DNA of 64,000 nucleotides from a phage. Made by a program: the position numbers and the translations under genes. Below, piece after piece: positions 44,753 to 55,603 of the stretch; positions within the stretch are counted from its first letter, which is position 1, and every line of letters starts with the position of its first letter. The DNA is taken from sequence record PX436236.1; one strand, given 5' to 3'. The notes under the pieces were generated by a model. That model was not told the origin of the DNA. It made no database searches and saw only the letters and a list, made by a program, of their open reading frames with translations.

Positions 44753-46536
44753 TTAACATGTCTGATAATGTAAGTTGGTTCGTCGGTGTAGTTGAAGACC
44801 GAATGGACCCACTCCAACAAGGCCGAGTACGCGTGCGCGTATGGGGTATGCATCCCTATGAAAAGGTGCAAGGTCCTGTAAAAGGCCTTCGTACAGAAGA
44901 TTTACCATGGATGTCGGTATTAATGCCTACATCTTCAGCCTCCGTTTCTGGTATCCAAACAGCCATGACTGGTATGGTTCCAGGTACACAGGTTTACGGG
45001 CACTTTCTTGATAAGTGGAAATTAAACGGACTTGTCCTTGGTACATACGGTTCCGCTTCAAGACAAAAGGCTAATCCTAATGAAGGTTTTAGTGACCCGA
45101 CAGGTCAATATCCACTTTATTTAGGTAACGATGCCGCTGCACTAAACCGAGGTGGTGAAGTTGGATATGATGCCACTTCCAACGTAATACAAGATGCAAA
45201 CACCGATGTAGGTATTAATCCTGACGGGTTGGATTTAAGTCAAGTCAAACCAGACGATAATCCTAATTTCACAATAGAAAACATGCTTCATCGTGATGAA
45301 GGGCTTAGACTGAAGGTATATTGGGATACCGAAGGTTATCCTACTATAGGTATAGGCCACCTTATCACACCACAACCTATTAGAGATATGAATCGAATAA
45401 ACAAAATATTATCTAATCAGGTAGGACGAGAAGTTAAAGGTAACCCTGGTGCAATATCAATGGATGAGGCTTCTAAATTATTCCAAGAAGACCTTAAAAA
45501 AGTCCAAAACGATATAGGTCGGCATAGTGTTGTAGGTCCTGTTTACAATAAAGAAAACCGTTCAAGACAAATGGCTCTTGAAAACATGGCTTTCCAAATG
45601 GGATTAGGTGGATTGGCTAAATTCCGTGGAATGCTTAGTGCAATGCTAATAGGCGATTATAAAAAGGCATTTGAGGAAGCTCGTAATTCAGTATGGTTTA
45701 ACCAAACTAAAGGTCGCGCATCAAGGGTGTCAATGATTATCCTCACAGGTAACATGGAATCATATGGTATTATGGCCCCTAAAGAAAGGTCATTTAATGG
45801 CCGTTCGTATAGAATGATTCAAACCTTTGTGGCCCCTACAAATTCAGACCCTGCCGACCCGTGGACTCCAGAAGACACAAGGATTCTTTTTAAAGAACCT
45901 GATTCTAGTTATAAAGGCGAATATCCATATGTCCAAACCATGCAAACTGAAGGCGGGCATATCCAAGAATTCGATAATACCCCAGGGCAAGAACGATACC
46001 GTTTAATCCATCCTACCGGTAGTTATGAAGAAGTTGCTCCTGATGGACGTAAAACTTCTAAGACGGTAGCCGATGGTTATTATATGACCCAAGGCGATTC
46101 AAATACTTATGTTGGCGGTAATAATAAAGTCAACGTTGGCGGCGATGAAACCTATTATAATATGGCAAACGTGCGCCGTCAAACTGATGGGTCTGAAAGC
46201 ATTCATATTCGAGGGAATGAAACCAAAACTGTAGAAGGTAATGGAACTCTGCTTGTTAAAGGAAATGTTAAAATAGTTATTATGGGTACTGCTGATATAA
46301 CTGTTGAACAAGAAGCATATATTACGGTTGAAAAAGATACAACAGTTAATGTCAACCAGAATGCAGATATAAGCGTTAAACAAAAGGCCACAATCAATGC
46401 TCAAAATATGGATGTAAATGTCGAACAAGATTTAAATTTTGCAGCGACGAACATTAATTTAAACGCATCAAATACTGTGCATATGGATGGCGGTTCATTA
46501 GCTAAAGTATCTGGTGGCAACGTACAGGTCGGTTAA
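44749..46536 (+). CDS. 5: Baseplate hub/spike protein gp5 with lysozyme domain and C-terminal beta-helix
   Basis: Internal lysozyme domain (EGLRLKVYWDTEGYPTIGIGHL...) and C-terminal repetitive V-x-G-x beta-helix. Confidence 0.9.
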   Translation: MINMSDNVSWFVGVVEDRMDPLQQGRVRVRVWGMHPYEKVQGPVKGLRTEDLPWMSVLMPTSSASVSGIQTAMTGMVPGTQVYGHFLDKWKLNGLVLGTYGSASRQKANPNEGFSDPTGQYPLYLGNDAAALNRGGEVGYDATSNVIQDANTDVGINPDGLDLSQVKPDDNPNFTIENMLHRDEGLRLKVYWDTEGYPTIGIGHLITPQPIRDMNRINKILSNQVGREVKGNPGAISMDEASKLFQEDLKKVQNDIGRHSVVGPVYNKENRSRQMALENMAFQMGLGGLAKFRGMLSAMLIGDYKKAFEEARNSVWFNQTKGRASRVSMIILTGNMESYGIMAPKERSFNGRSYRMIQTFVAPTNSDPADPWTPEDTRILFKEPDSSYKGEYPYVQTMQTEGGHIQEFDNTPGQERYRLIHPTGSYEEVAPDGRKTSKTVADGYYMTQGDSNTYVGGNNKVNVGGDETYYNMANVRRQTDGSESIHIRGNETKTVEGNGTLLVKGNVKIVIMGTADITVEQEAYITVEKDTTVNVNQNADISVKQKATINAQNMDVNVEQDLNFAATNINLNASNTVHMDGGSLAKVSGGNVQVG

Positions 46537-46537
46537 T

Positions 46538-48601
46538 ATGAATTACTACGATAAAGTTGATGAAGTGGTAGGGACTGTAACAAGTCCCTGTGATGACGCA
46601 GTAGGACCCGGTGAATATCGCCGGGTTAAATGGGAATTATATAACCCAACAGGTGCTTTTATTCAACCTGGGAATGGCGTTGAATGGGATACCGAGATTA
46701 TTCCACTAGCTACACATTTATACACACAAAATCCATTTGGTAATAAGTCCGAAACTTTTCCCGCACCTCCCCCACCGGAAGATGGAACAAGTCAAGGTAT
46801 CTGGTGTGCTAAACTCGGAATATTCTTTATTACGCAATTGGATTTAGAAAATTATGTAGAATCGATTGGTGCAACTCTTTTGCCCGGTAATGATTGGTAC
46901 GGCGCTGATTTATCAAAATCTGTATTGTATAAAACATCTATTGAATATGATATGTATCGCATCGAAAACTGTGGCGGTGTATGGACATCACAAGGCCCCA
47001 GAATGGACCCCAGGACGATGATTGCAGTTACGGCTGATTATCATATGTATGTCAACTTTAACGGCCTTGGTGACTCCCGCAGGGCTTATTTGAAGTACTA
47101 TGAGACAAAACCTTGTACTTATGTTGGACTGGTATTAAATCTAGATGTTGATATGAGTATCCCAGGAACTCCGATTCCGGGACCGGTATCCATCGGGTCT
47201 TTACCGCCAGAAATAACCGGGCGAGCCAGGGCAATAAGCTGTGTTCCTTTTACAGCGGAATTCCCTTACAACGGATTGACCAATGCGATTATGGCTTCAT
47301 GGAATACATCTAGGAATTCATTCAAATTATATTGGGATATGCTCCCTGGATGGCCATCATCTGGTGGAACCGATTGGGAAAAATTCTTCGATTCTGGTTA
47401 TAGTAAGCTATCGGTCGCAATGGAAGAGCTAGGCAACTCGGCTGTTGCTATGTGTCAATATGTTCAGCAAATGGCTTTTCTTGCATTTAAAGATGCCATA
47501 TCACAGGTCTTGAATATTGTTGGCGGTGGGTGGGACTTACTTAAAAGCTTTTTACCCTCGATTACTATTATGGGCATGACTATTGACCTAGAAGACCTCT
47601 GCACTTCAGGTGATGGTGTACAGAAATTAAAAGAAGCATGGAAAAACTTTAATTTAGAAGAAACCATCCAATCGATTTATTCTGCCATTGGGTCTGCATA
47701 CGATTATTCGGTTGAACGCGTCAAGATGTATTCGCGTGACCTTATTGATGCAATTACAGACTTGTATGACTGGGCCTGGTCTCAATTGCTTATGGCTGGT
47801 GTTGCATTATCAAAACTGTGTGTAGACCTCGCTCAAATATGGAGTATGCCTCCTATAGTTCCGAACCCAGTTTGGAGCGTTATTACTGCGGTCAAGGAAA
47901 TGATGAAGCAAGTTAAACCACTGGACATGATAATGAGCGGTAACTTTCCAGGATTCACAGCATCAGATGTTTATCAAATGGTTATGGAAAAGGTAGACCA
48001 GAAAATAGACGAAGCTTATGCAATGATTGAGGCTCTTAAAACCCAGGCACTCAATCTGTGGAATGAGATTAAGCTCAAAAAGCAAGAAGTACAAAAACAA
48101 GCTATTGAATTTAAACAATATCTTTCAGGAATGTACGAAAAAGTTACAGACGAGCTAACTGCTCAGAAGGAAGCCGCATTAGCACAAGCTGAAGCTGCAC
48201 TCGAACTTTTAAAGAATAAATATAATCAGATTAAGAACTCTATTACCGAAAGTCAAACCTCCGTTTCTGATGTATTAGATATGGCTTTAGAAGAATTCAA
48301 AAAACTTCCTATTGTGGCTCAAATGGAAGAACTTCTCGGTATGCTCGGAGCTACTGTAGATGATATCATGGTTATATACGAGAACTCAGTAACTAAAGCA
48401 AAATCTTTATATCACGAATTTACTGATGGTTCCAGGTCAATGAAAGACTTGTGCAAATCAATGTATAACCAAATATCAACATTATCCTTAAGTAAGGTGG
48501 TACAATGGATTAATAAGATGCTGGGAATATTCGGTTTAACGATTGCATTTCCATCCCTTTCCATTTGCATACCTTGTTTAGAATCTCCTACTAGGAATTA
48601 A
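46538..48601 (+). CDS. Large hypothetical protein (687 aa) between gp5 and gp6; beta-rich N-half, helical/coiled-coil C-half, hydrophobic C-terminus
   Basis: Start MNYYDKVDEV 2 nt after the gp5 stop; occupies the slot where T4 has small 5.x genes. Confidence 0.6.
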   Translation: MNYYDKVDEVVGTVTSPCDDAVGPGEYRRVKWELYNPTGAFIQPGNGVEWDTEIIPLATHLYTQNPFGNKSETFPAPPPPEDGTSQGIWCAKLGIFFITQLDLENYVESIGATLLPGNDWYGADLSKSVLYKTSIEYDMYRIENCGGVWTSQGPRMDPRTMIAVTADYHMYVNFNGLGDSRRAYLKYYETKPCTYVGLVLNLDVDMSIPGTPIPGPVSIGSLPPEITGRARAISCVPFTAEFPYNGLTNAIMASWNTSRNSFKLYWDMLPGWPSSGGTDWEKFFDSGYSKLSVAMEELGNSAVAMCQYVQQMAFLAFKDAISQVLNIVGGGWDLLKSFLPSITIMGMTIDLEDLCTSGDGVQKLKEAWKNFNLEETIQSIYSAIGSAYDYSVERVKMYSRDLIDAITDLYDWAWSQLLMAGVALSKLCVDLAQIWSMPPIVPNPVWSVITAVKEMMKQVKPLDMIMSGNFPGFTASDVYQMVMEKVDQKIDEAYAMIEALKTQALNLWNEIKLKKQEVQKQAIEFKQYLSGMYEKVTDELTAQKEAALAQAEAALELLKNKYNQIKNSITESQTSVSDVLDMALEEFKKLPIVAQMEELLGMLGATVDDIMVIYENSVTKAKSLYHEFTDGSRSMKDLCKSMYNQISTLSLSKVVQWINKMLGIFGLTIAFPSLSICIPCLESPTRN

Positions 48602-48602
48602 A

Positions 48603-50561
48603 ATGGCTACTCCTACGAATTACCAATTAACAAGAACCGTTAACGCTATCCCAAAAGTATTTGTGGGAGCTACGTTTGAAGAGATTAAAAAGAATATTAT
48701 CGATTGGCTTTCTAGCCAGGACGAATTTAAGGATTACGATTTCGTTGGTTCGCGAATGAATATCCTGATTGACATGTTAGCTTACAACACCCTGTATATG
48801 CAGCAGTTTGCTAATACCGCGGTATATGAATCTTTCATCGGTACTGCTAACTTGCGTTCCTCCGTCGTCCAGGCTGCACAGGATAACGGCTATTTGCCAA
48901 GTTCTAAATCAGCAGCCAAAACAAGTATCATGTTGACCTGTACCCAAGCCCTGAATGAAAAGAATATTCGTATCCCACGTGGTACTAAATTCTTGGCCTA
49001 TGCCCGTGATACTTCAGCAGACCCGTATGCTTTTGTTACCACGGAAAACGTTATTGCCGTACGTGATGTTAATAACCAATATCTTCCTATCGTATCTTTA
49101 GCACAAGGTCGTATTATCCGTACTGAACTTAAGTATGACCCTAAAACTCCTATTCTTATTCGTGACCCGGATATTGATAGACAGGAAGTTAAACTTTATG
49201 TCGATGGCGCAGAATGGACTAACTGGACTAATAAATCCATGGTTCATGCTGGTAGTACATCAACAATTTACTATATGCGTGAAACCGTAGATGGTAATAC
49301 TGAATTCTTCTTTGGTGAAGGTGTTGCTGAAAAATCAGTTGCAGGTGGGGTATTAGAAGCTAATTATATTGGTGGTTTAAAACCTGTTAAAGATGCTACC
49401 ATTGTTATAGAATACCTTCGTACAGATGGTGAAGTTGCTAACGGGGCAGTGGACTTTAGTTATGCGGATTCTTTGGCATATATTACGGTTGAAAAAATTA
49501 CAGAAAACTACGATGAAAACCCGGATTATGTAGGTGCTGACGGTGGTGGTGACCCTGAAGATATTGAACGTATTCGTGAACTTGCTGTAGTTAAACGTGA
49601 AGCCCAGATGCGTGCTGTAACCGGTACAGATTATGATACATTCGTTTCGGAGCGATTTGGTTCTATTGTACAAGCAGTACAAACCTTTACAGACCCAAAT
49701 AAACCAGGTTATGCCTTTGTTACCATTAAACCTAAATCAGGATTGTATTTGACGGCAGTACAACGCGAAGATATCCAAAATTATCTTTCAGAATTTAACT
49801 TGGCACCTATTACCCCTTCGGTTATTTCTCCTGACTACTTGTTCTTGAAGCATAAAATTAAGGTTTCATATGCACTGAACAAATTACAGGAATCCGAACA
49901 ATGGTTAACGGCTCAAATCCTTTCCCAAATAGACCGTTATTATATTAACGAAGTTGAAATATTCAACCACGGATTTGCCAAGTCTAAAATGCTGACTTAT
50001 ATTGATAATGCAGACCACAGTATCCTTGGCTCTTCGGCTACGGTAACAATGGTTCGCGAGGTATTAAACTTCTTCAAAACACCTGAAGCAGGTATTAAAT
50101 ACTATAATCAATACACCAACCGTTCTGTAACTTCTAGTGAATTTGAGTTCGTCCCAACAAACGTATCTGATGTTGTTAAATCTTACAACGTACGTATTGT
50201 TGCCACAGATAAAGACGAACGAGGCGATGGTAAAATGGTTATAGGTCCTTTCCGACCTGGCGATGTAATTGAAAACCAATACATCCAACCTTACACCGGA
50301 GATGACTTCGATAAAATGGCAGCGCCTGCAGACCAATCGGTCTACTATGTTATTGGCGAAATTGATTATTACTCGGACTTTATTTTCTGGGATATCGCCG
50401 CAATAGGCCTTACTTCCGACCGTTTTGAAGTCCAGTCTATTGAACTTTATGCAGGGCCAGACCAAGACAACATCTTTACCAAAGACGGTTCTTTAATCGT
50501 ATTTGAAGATGACCTTCGTCCTCAGTACACAACTATAGAGTTGGAACCAATTACAATATAA
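48603..50561 (+). CDS. 6: Baseplate wedge protein gp6
   Basis: 652 aa; position and length as T4 gp6. Confidence 0.8.
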   Translation: MATPTNYQLTRTVNAIPKVFVGATFEEIKKNIIDWLSSQDEFKDYDFVGSRMNILIDMLAYNTLYMQQFANTAVYESFIGTANLRSSVVQAAQDNGYLPSSKSAAKTSIMLTCTQALNEKNIRIPRGTKFLAYARDTSADPYAFVTTENVIAVRDVNNQYLPIVSLAQGRIIRTELKYDPKTPILIRDPDIDRQEVKLYVDGAEWTNWTNKSMVHAGSTSTIYYMRETVDGNTEFFFGEGVAEKSVAGGVLEANYIGGLKPVKDATIVIEYLRTDGEVANGAVDFSYADSLAYITVEKITENYDENPDYVGADGGGDPEDIERIRELAVVKREAQMRAVTGTDYDTFVSERFGSIVQAVQTFTDPNKPGYAFVTIKPKSGLYLTAVQREDIQNYLSEFNLAPITPSVISPDYLFLKHKIKVSYALNKLQESEQWLTAQILSQIDRYYINEVEIFNHGFAKSKMLTYIDNADHSILGSSATVTMVREVLNFFKTPEAGIKYYNQYTNRSVTSSEFEFVPTNVSDVVKSYNVRIVATDKDERGDGKMVIGPFRPGDVIENQYIQPYTGDDFDKMAAPADQSVYYVIGEIDYYSDFIFWDIAAIGLTSDRFEVQSIELYAGPDQDNIFTKDGSLIVFEDDLRPQYTTIELEPITI

Positions 50562-50575
50562 ACCTCTTCGGAGGT
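50562..50575 (+). promoter_or_regulatory. Stem-loop ACCTC-ttcg-GAGGT immediately upstream of the gp7 RBS
   Basis: Perfect 5-bp stem with UUCG loop in the gp6-gp7 spacer. Confidence 0.3.
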
Positions 50576-50588
50576 TTAAGGAGATTTA

Positions 50589-53500
50589 ATGTCTGTACAA
50601 GCGCCTTATGTTACTAGTCTGAGAATTGATAAACTCTCGGCTAACCATGTGAGCATTCTTTGGGATGACGTAGGCGCCAACTTCTATTATTTCGTAGAAC
50701 TGGCCCAAACGAAGGATGCGGGTGTAGAAATTCCCGACGATAGATTATTTTGGAGAAATTTAGGTTACACCCCTAATAACGAATGGTTTGAAGAGGCATT
50801 CATTTCTCCTAATTCATTTTATAAAATGCGAGTTGCGGTGGCCGCCCAGGGGTTTGAGCAGTCCGAATGGGTTTACACTGAAGAATTTGAAACTTTCTCT
50901 ACCAACGCATATACATTTGAGCATATGCGCGAATTCACTTTGTCTAATAAATTTATTGAAGAAAAATTCACAAAAAATAATCAGAATTATGTGAACTTTA
51001 ATACCGATGCCATTATGGCTTCCTTAATGACGGAAGATTTTAACTTTACGCCAGCGTATTCGCATTTGTCATCTATATCAAATTATGTTTTAAAAGCCGA
51101 CCGTTTCCATGAAATCCAAGGAAGCATCCAAGCGGTTTGTAAAGACCCTAAACGTTCTATTTTAATGGAACTTGGTGGTGTACTTTACCTTTTAGAAAGA
51201 TTCCAAAGTACTGCTAAGGTTTCTAATGATAAAGGGCAGAACTGGCATTATATCCGTTTGTTTAATGACCGAGTAGGTAACCCTGTTTCGCGTACAGCAC
51301 ATTACCAAACTGAAACTACTACGTATGTTCTAGGTTATGACCAAATATTTTACGGACGTAAATCAAGTGATATTCGTTGGTCTGCTGATGATGTCCGTTT
51401 TAGCTCCCAAGATATAACATTTGCTAAAATAGGTAGTGATATCGACCTTCCATTTGAAATCGAGATATTTGGGTCATATGCAAAACTTCCTTTGCCTATT
51501 TCCACTATTGCTGAAGCTATATGCGCTTCTGATGATTTCATTTATGTTGCAGGTAGAGACAGAGTTTATAAAGCAAAAACATCTGAGGCACCTATAGACA
51601 CCGACCCTAGTTCTCCGACTTATGGAGAGAAGATATTTGAAAGCGGATATTCGACTATCACAGGGAACCCTAAAGCAGTTTGTTATAAATTAGATTCTAT
51701 CCAAGGCCATACATTTGCTTTAATTACAGGTGAAGTTAAAGAAGAAAAAATGGACCCTACGGTCGAATCCAATGTGGTTGATTCTGAATCCAAAGGTGTT
51801 TATTGGTTAGACACTTCAACTGATACATGGACCCGTGTATTTGGAAACACTGAAGAAGAACGTCGTCGTATAGAGCATGGATATACCAGCATGTCTACTG
51901 ATGGAGAGGAATTATTTTTCAGTTCAAGCAACTTTAGATATGAAGTAGAGGTTGATTCTGAGCTTCCTTTGGAATACCCTGAAATTGTCACCTCCGCCGT
52001 TAAATATGTTAAAGATGAACAATGGATTCACGATAAACATTATTTGATGATGAGTTTTAGGTCTAACTCTAAATCCGATTTCAAAGAATTTAAACCTGGG
52101 CGTATGGCTTATTATGCCGAACCATTCTTTAGTTGGTCTCGACGCGATGGAACCCGTTCATGGATTACCACCGGTGACCATGCGATGGTTGTTTATAACG
52201 ATGCTTTATACCAGAAAATTATCGACCTGAACAGTGGTTCTTCACCTGAACGTATTGTTCATGAGATTTGGAGTAAAGGTTTTTGTAAAGTCACATCTCC
52301 TAATATAGAGTTCAACGGCTTTAAGAAATATTCTTCTGGAATGATGATTCACAAATCTACAGGTGAATTGGTTGGATATTTTGAATTTGACTATCGCGTG
52401 CGTGATGAAGTCCGTGTTATTTGGAAGCCTAAAGAAATTATGTTTACGGCAGAATTGCAAAACCAAGAACATGAAATCCCGTGGAAACCTAAAGAGGAAG
52501 TTGGTGAGCAGGACCCAGACCTCCAGCCTTTACTGGTTAAAATGATTCCAGATAGTTATTTGCTTCAAGATAGCAACTTTGAAAAATTCTGTGAATACTA
52601 TCTCCAATTTATTAGTGATGGCTCAGGTACACACTATAATAATTTGTTGAATCTTATTCGTAACCAATACCCACGTGAAGAAGATTCATGGGAATATTTG
52701 TGGTCGGAAATCTATAAGCGTAATATCTATTTGTCGAAAGAAAAACGCGACGAAGTAGTTCGTTTTTTCCAGGCGCGCCAAACCGATTTTTGGTCTACAA
52801 AAGGTACCGAAGCTTCATATAAATTCCTGTTTAAATTGCTTTACAATGAAGATGTAGAAATTGATATCGAGTCCAAGAACTCTATCGAATATGATATCAT
52901 CGTAGAATCTGATAATATCAGTGAAGATATCGTAGGCCAAACGATTTATACTCCTACAGGTCGTAGTAATGTTACTTATATAGAACGAAATTACAAAGAT
53001 GGTAAACTGCAATGGCGTTTAACCATTCATAATCTTTTAGGTCGTTTTATAGTCGGACAGGAAATTAAATCTGAACGTACTTCGTTCAAGGGTATGATTG
53101 TTCAGGGCGTACGTGGTAAAGAGCTTTTGAGTAACAATATCGACTATATCAACCGTAACCGTTCTTATTATGTGATGACCATTAAGTCTAATCTCCCTAC
53201 TTCTCGTTATCGCAACGATGTTTTGAGATTTGTTCATCCAGTAGGTTTCGGCTTTGTAGGTATAACTTTGCTTTCTATGTTCGTTAACGTAGGTTTAACG
53301 CTAAAACATACAGAAACTATTATTAATATCCTTAAGAACTACAAATGGGACTCAGGTTTGCCATCTGAATGGTATGATAGAGTTGCTGTAATAGGTTTTG
53401 ATGGTAATATAGAACGAGACCCTAGAACAGGACTTCCGGTTTATAACGTTGGACCTAAAGCAGGAGAACCGTTTGATATCCCTGCAGATTATGATGCGGA

Positions 53501-53684
53501 AAATGATTTCTCTGTATTCCAAGGTCAATTACCACACGAACGTATTAAAAAGCATAGTCCATTGTTTGACCAAAGTGCTGTGACCTTTGCCAATTGGCGT
53601 GCACTGGTTGATAAGCGTCTTAAAGACGATATTGGAAATCCTAGAGACCCTAAAGTTCCAACTCAGGTAAAAATTAATGATTAA
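50589..53684 (+). CDS. 7: Baseplate wedge protein gp7
   Basis: 1031 aa; order and size as T4 gp7. Confidence 0.8.
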   Translation: MSVQAPYVTSLRIDKLSANHVSILWDDVGANFYYFVELAQTKDAGVEIPDDRLFWRNLGYTPNNEWFEEAFISPNSFYKMRVAVAAQGFEQSEWVYTEEFETFSTNAYTFEHMREFTLSNKFIEEKFTKNNQNYVNFNTDAIMASLMTEDFNFTPAYSHLSSISNYVLKADRFHEIQGSIQAVCKDPKRSILMELGGVLYLLERFQSTAKVSNDKGQNWHYIRLFNDRVGNPVSRTAHYQTETTTYVLGYDQIFYGRKSSDIRWSADDVRFSSQDITFAKIGSDIDLPFEIEIFGSYAKLPLPISTIAEAICASDDFIYVAGRDRVYKAKTSEAPIDTDPSSPTYGEKIFESGYSTITGNPKAVCYKLDSIQGHTFALITGEVKEEKMDPTVESNVVDSESKGVYWLDTSTDTWTRVFGNTEEERRRIEHGYTSMSTDGEELFFSSSNFRYEVEVDSELPLEYPEIVTSAVKYVKDEQWIHDKHYLMMSFRSNSKSDFKEFKPGRMAYYAEPFFSWSRRDGTRSWITTGDHAMVVYNDALYQKIIDLNSGSSPERIVHEIWSKGFCKVTSPNIEFNGFKKYSSGMMIHKSTGELVGYFEFDYRVRDEVRVIWKPKEIMFTAELQNQEHEIPWKPKEEVGEQDPDLQPLLVKMIPDSYLLQDSNFEKFCEYYLQFISDGSGTHYNNLLNLIRNQYPREEDSWEYLWSEIYKRNIYLSKEKRDEVVRFFQARQTDFWSTKGTEASYKFLFKLLYNEDVEIDIESKNSIEYDIIVESDNISEDIVGQTIYTPTGRSNVTYIERNYKDGKLQWRLTIHNLLGRFIVGQEIKSERTSFKGMIVQGVRGKELLSNNIDYINRNRSYYVMTIKSNLPTSRYRNDVLRFVHPVGFGFVGITLLSMFVNVGLTLKHTETIINILKNYKWDSGLPSEWYDRVAVIGFDGNIERDPRTGLPVYNVGPKAGEPFDIPADYDAENDFSVFQGQLPHERIKKHSPLFDQSAVTFANWRALVDKRLKDDIGNPRDPKVPTQVKIND

Positions 53685-54681
53685 TTCTACAGTAGTTTAT
53701 CGTTCTATTGTTACTTCAAAATTTAGAACGGAAAAAATGTACAACTTTTACAGAACAATAGGTGATGGCGAAGACCAGAACACTATGTATGTATCTTTCG
53801 GAAGGGCCCGACCATGGGCCGATAACGAAAATGACCCAGGTTTTGCCCCGCCATATCCTGTAGATGATTCTGAAGGCGTAGAAGACGTCTGGACAAACAT
53901 GATGGGATGCGTTAAGGTTTATAAGAGCATGTTGGATTGTGTTGTCCCGCGCAAAGACTGGGGCGATACCTCTTATCCTAACCCATTTACTTTCCAGATT
54001 GGTGAAATTGTAGTGGCGAACAGCCAGCCGCAAAACCGTACTGATGTCGGTGCCGGGTGGATGGTTTATCGTTGTGTAGATATTCCAGAATCAGGTACAT
54101 GTTCTATTTTGTCCCTTGATAATAAAACCGAGTGTATTAAACTTGGTGGTAAATGGACTTCAAATGTACAGTCGGTTAAAGCCCCTGCAGGACAAGGCGA
54201 TACGGAAGGTATGGTTGATACGGGTGATGGGTATCTCTGGGAATATTTGTATGAGATTCCACCTGATGTAAGTATTAACCGTTGCACTAATGAATATATC
54301 GTGGTTCCATGGCCAGAAGAAATTGCCGAAGACCCGGAACGTTGGGGATACGAGAATAATCTTACTTGGCAGCAAGACGATTATGGATTGATTTATCGTA
54401 TTAAAGGCAATACCATTCGTTTTAAAGCATTCTTAGATTCAGTTTACTTCCCTGAATTTAGTCTTCCTGGTAACAAAGGATTTAGACAGCTTTCGATAAT
54501 CTCTAATCCATTAGAAGCTAAAGCTCACCCATCCGATCCGATCATTAAAGCCGAAAAAGAGTACTATGATGTTATAGACCTCTCCCGCCATTCAGGTGAA
54601 ATGATTTATATGGAAAACCGTCCTCCGGTTATTCGTTCCATGGACCAAACAGAAGAAATTAACATTATCTTCGAATTCTAA
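53677..54681 (+). CDS. 8: Baseplate wedge protein gp8
   Basis: 334 aa; ...VYRSIVTSKFRTEKMYNFY...RCTNEYIVVPWPEE...GEMIYMENRPP; T4 gp8-like throughout. Confidence 0.9.
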   Translation: MINSTVVYRSIVTSKFRTEKMYNFYRTIGDGEDQNTMYVSFGRARPWADNENDPGFAPPYPVDDSEGVEDVWTNMMGCVKVYKSMLDCVVPRKDWGDTSYPNPFTFQIGEIVVANSQPQNRTDVGAGWMVYRCVDIPESGTCSILSLDNKTECIKLGGKWTSNVQSVKAPAGQGDTEGMVDTGDGYLWEYLYEIPPDVSINRCTNEYIVVPWPEEIAEDPERWGYENNLTWQQDDYGLIYRIKGNTIRFKAFLDSVYFPEFSLPGNKGFRQLSIISNPLEAKAHPSDPIIKAEKEYYDVIDLSRHSGEMIYMENRPPVIRSMDQTEEINIIFEF

Positions 54682-54684
54682 TAA

Positions 54685-54705
54685 GGGCCGCAAGGCCCTT
54701 TCGGG
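54685..54705 (+). terminator. Hairpin GGGCC-gcaa-GGCCC followed by T-rich tract
   Basis: Directly after the gp8 stop. Confidence 0.4.
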
Positions 54706-54742
54706 TTTAATAAATACAGTATATCAATAATGAGGCATACCT

Positions 54743-55603
54743 ATGATTAAGCAAACTGGTAAAGAACTAATTGACGTCGGTGAAATTGGTAATGCCAGCA
54801 CCGGCGACATTCTTTATGATGGCGGTGTTAAACTGAACACTGACTTAAACAACATATATAATACTTTCGGCGACCAACGCAAAACTGCTTTAACTGGTGA
54901 ATTAACCGGTCAGAAATTACACGCTACAGGTTATTATCAAAAATTTGGTGATATGGACCAAGCAAGCTCAGTAGATTTAGGCTCTTTGGTGGATATCGAT
55001 GCTTCTACCGGTTCTATCGTATTAACCACTGTAAAAGGTGCAGTCGGTGAAGGAATCGAGATTATCAACTCTAACGGGAGTATTTCTTCCACTAATTATC
55101 TTGAAATCCGTATATTGGATACTTTTGCAAGCCATTCAACTTCGACTTTGCGTATCGTAACACCCTATACACGGGTTCTTTTATGGTGTGTATCGGATAC
55201 AAACGGCGTTGCAGTATGGGATTATTCAATTGAAAGTATGTTTGGTGATAAACGAGTTCCATTAAATAAGACATATAATATATCTTCTGTCGCTCGTGAT
55301 ATTCCGGTGGTTTATTCCGGCCAGTATTCATTGGTCAAACTTTTAGTTACGGCAGTGAATGCCAACGAAACCATTTACAAAGCTTCAGAATATCTTGTGT
55401 TTATCGACAACCAAGCTAAAAAGATTTATTCCACCGAATACGCTGTTATTAAACGTGGGCAAACTTCAGATGATGACGAAATTTATTCCCTAGATTTTAA
55501 ATTCGATACATCAAACTATATTATCGCGACCGCTTCTTCTGTCAATCCTATGAGGCTTGCAATTAAGGTCGTAGAAACCCAAACTATTGGAGTTCCAGTA
55601 TAA
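54743..55603 (+). CDS. 9: Baseplate wedge / long-tail-fibre attachment protein gp9
   Basis: ...GEIGNASTGDILYDGG...HATGYYQK...; T4 gp9-like. Confidence 0.85.
   Translation: MIKQTGKELIDVGEIGNASTGDILYDGGVKLNTDLNNIYNTFGDQRKTALTGELTGQKLHATGYYQKFGDMDQASSVDLGSLVDIDASTGSIVLTTVKGAVGEGIEIINSNGSISSTNYLEIRILDTFASHSTSTLRIVTPYTRVLLWCVSDTNGVAVWDYSIESMFGDKRVPLNKTYNISSVARDIPVVYSGQYSLVKLLVTAVNANETIYKASEYLVFIDNQAKKIYSTEYAVIKRGQTSDDDEIYSLDFKFDTSNYIIATASSVNPMRLAIKVVETQTIGVPV

Noticed and set aside
46099-46428. Minus-strand ORFs inside the late structural genes (46099-46428, 49377-49682, 50064-50465, 60937-61368 and others)
   Set aside because: Antisense to strongly supported baseplate and fibre genes with clear homology; no initiation signals.
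46538-46850. N-terminus of the 687-aa ORF as a PAAR or gp5.4-type spike tip
   Set aside because: No recognisable PAAR-like Gly-rich repeats or conserved Cys/His cluster were seen by eye; left as an open question in the findings rather than annotated.
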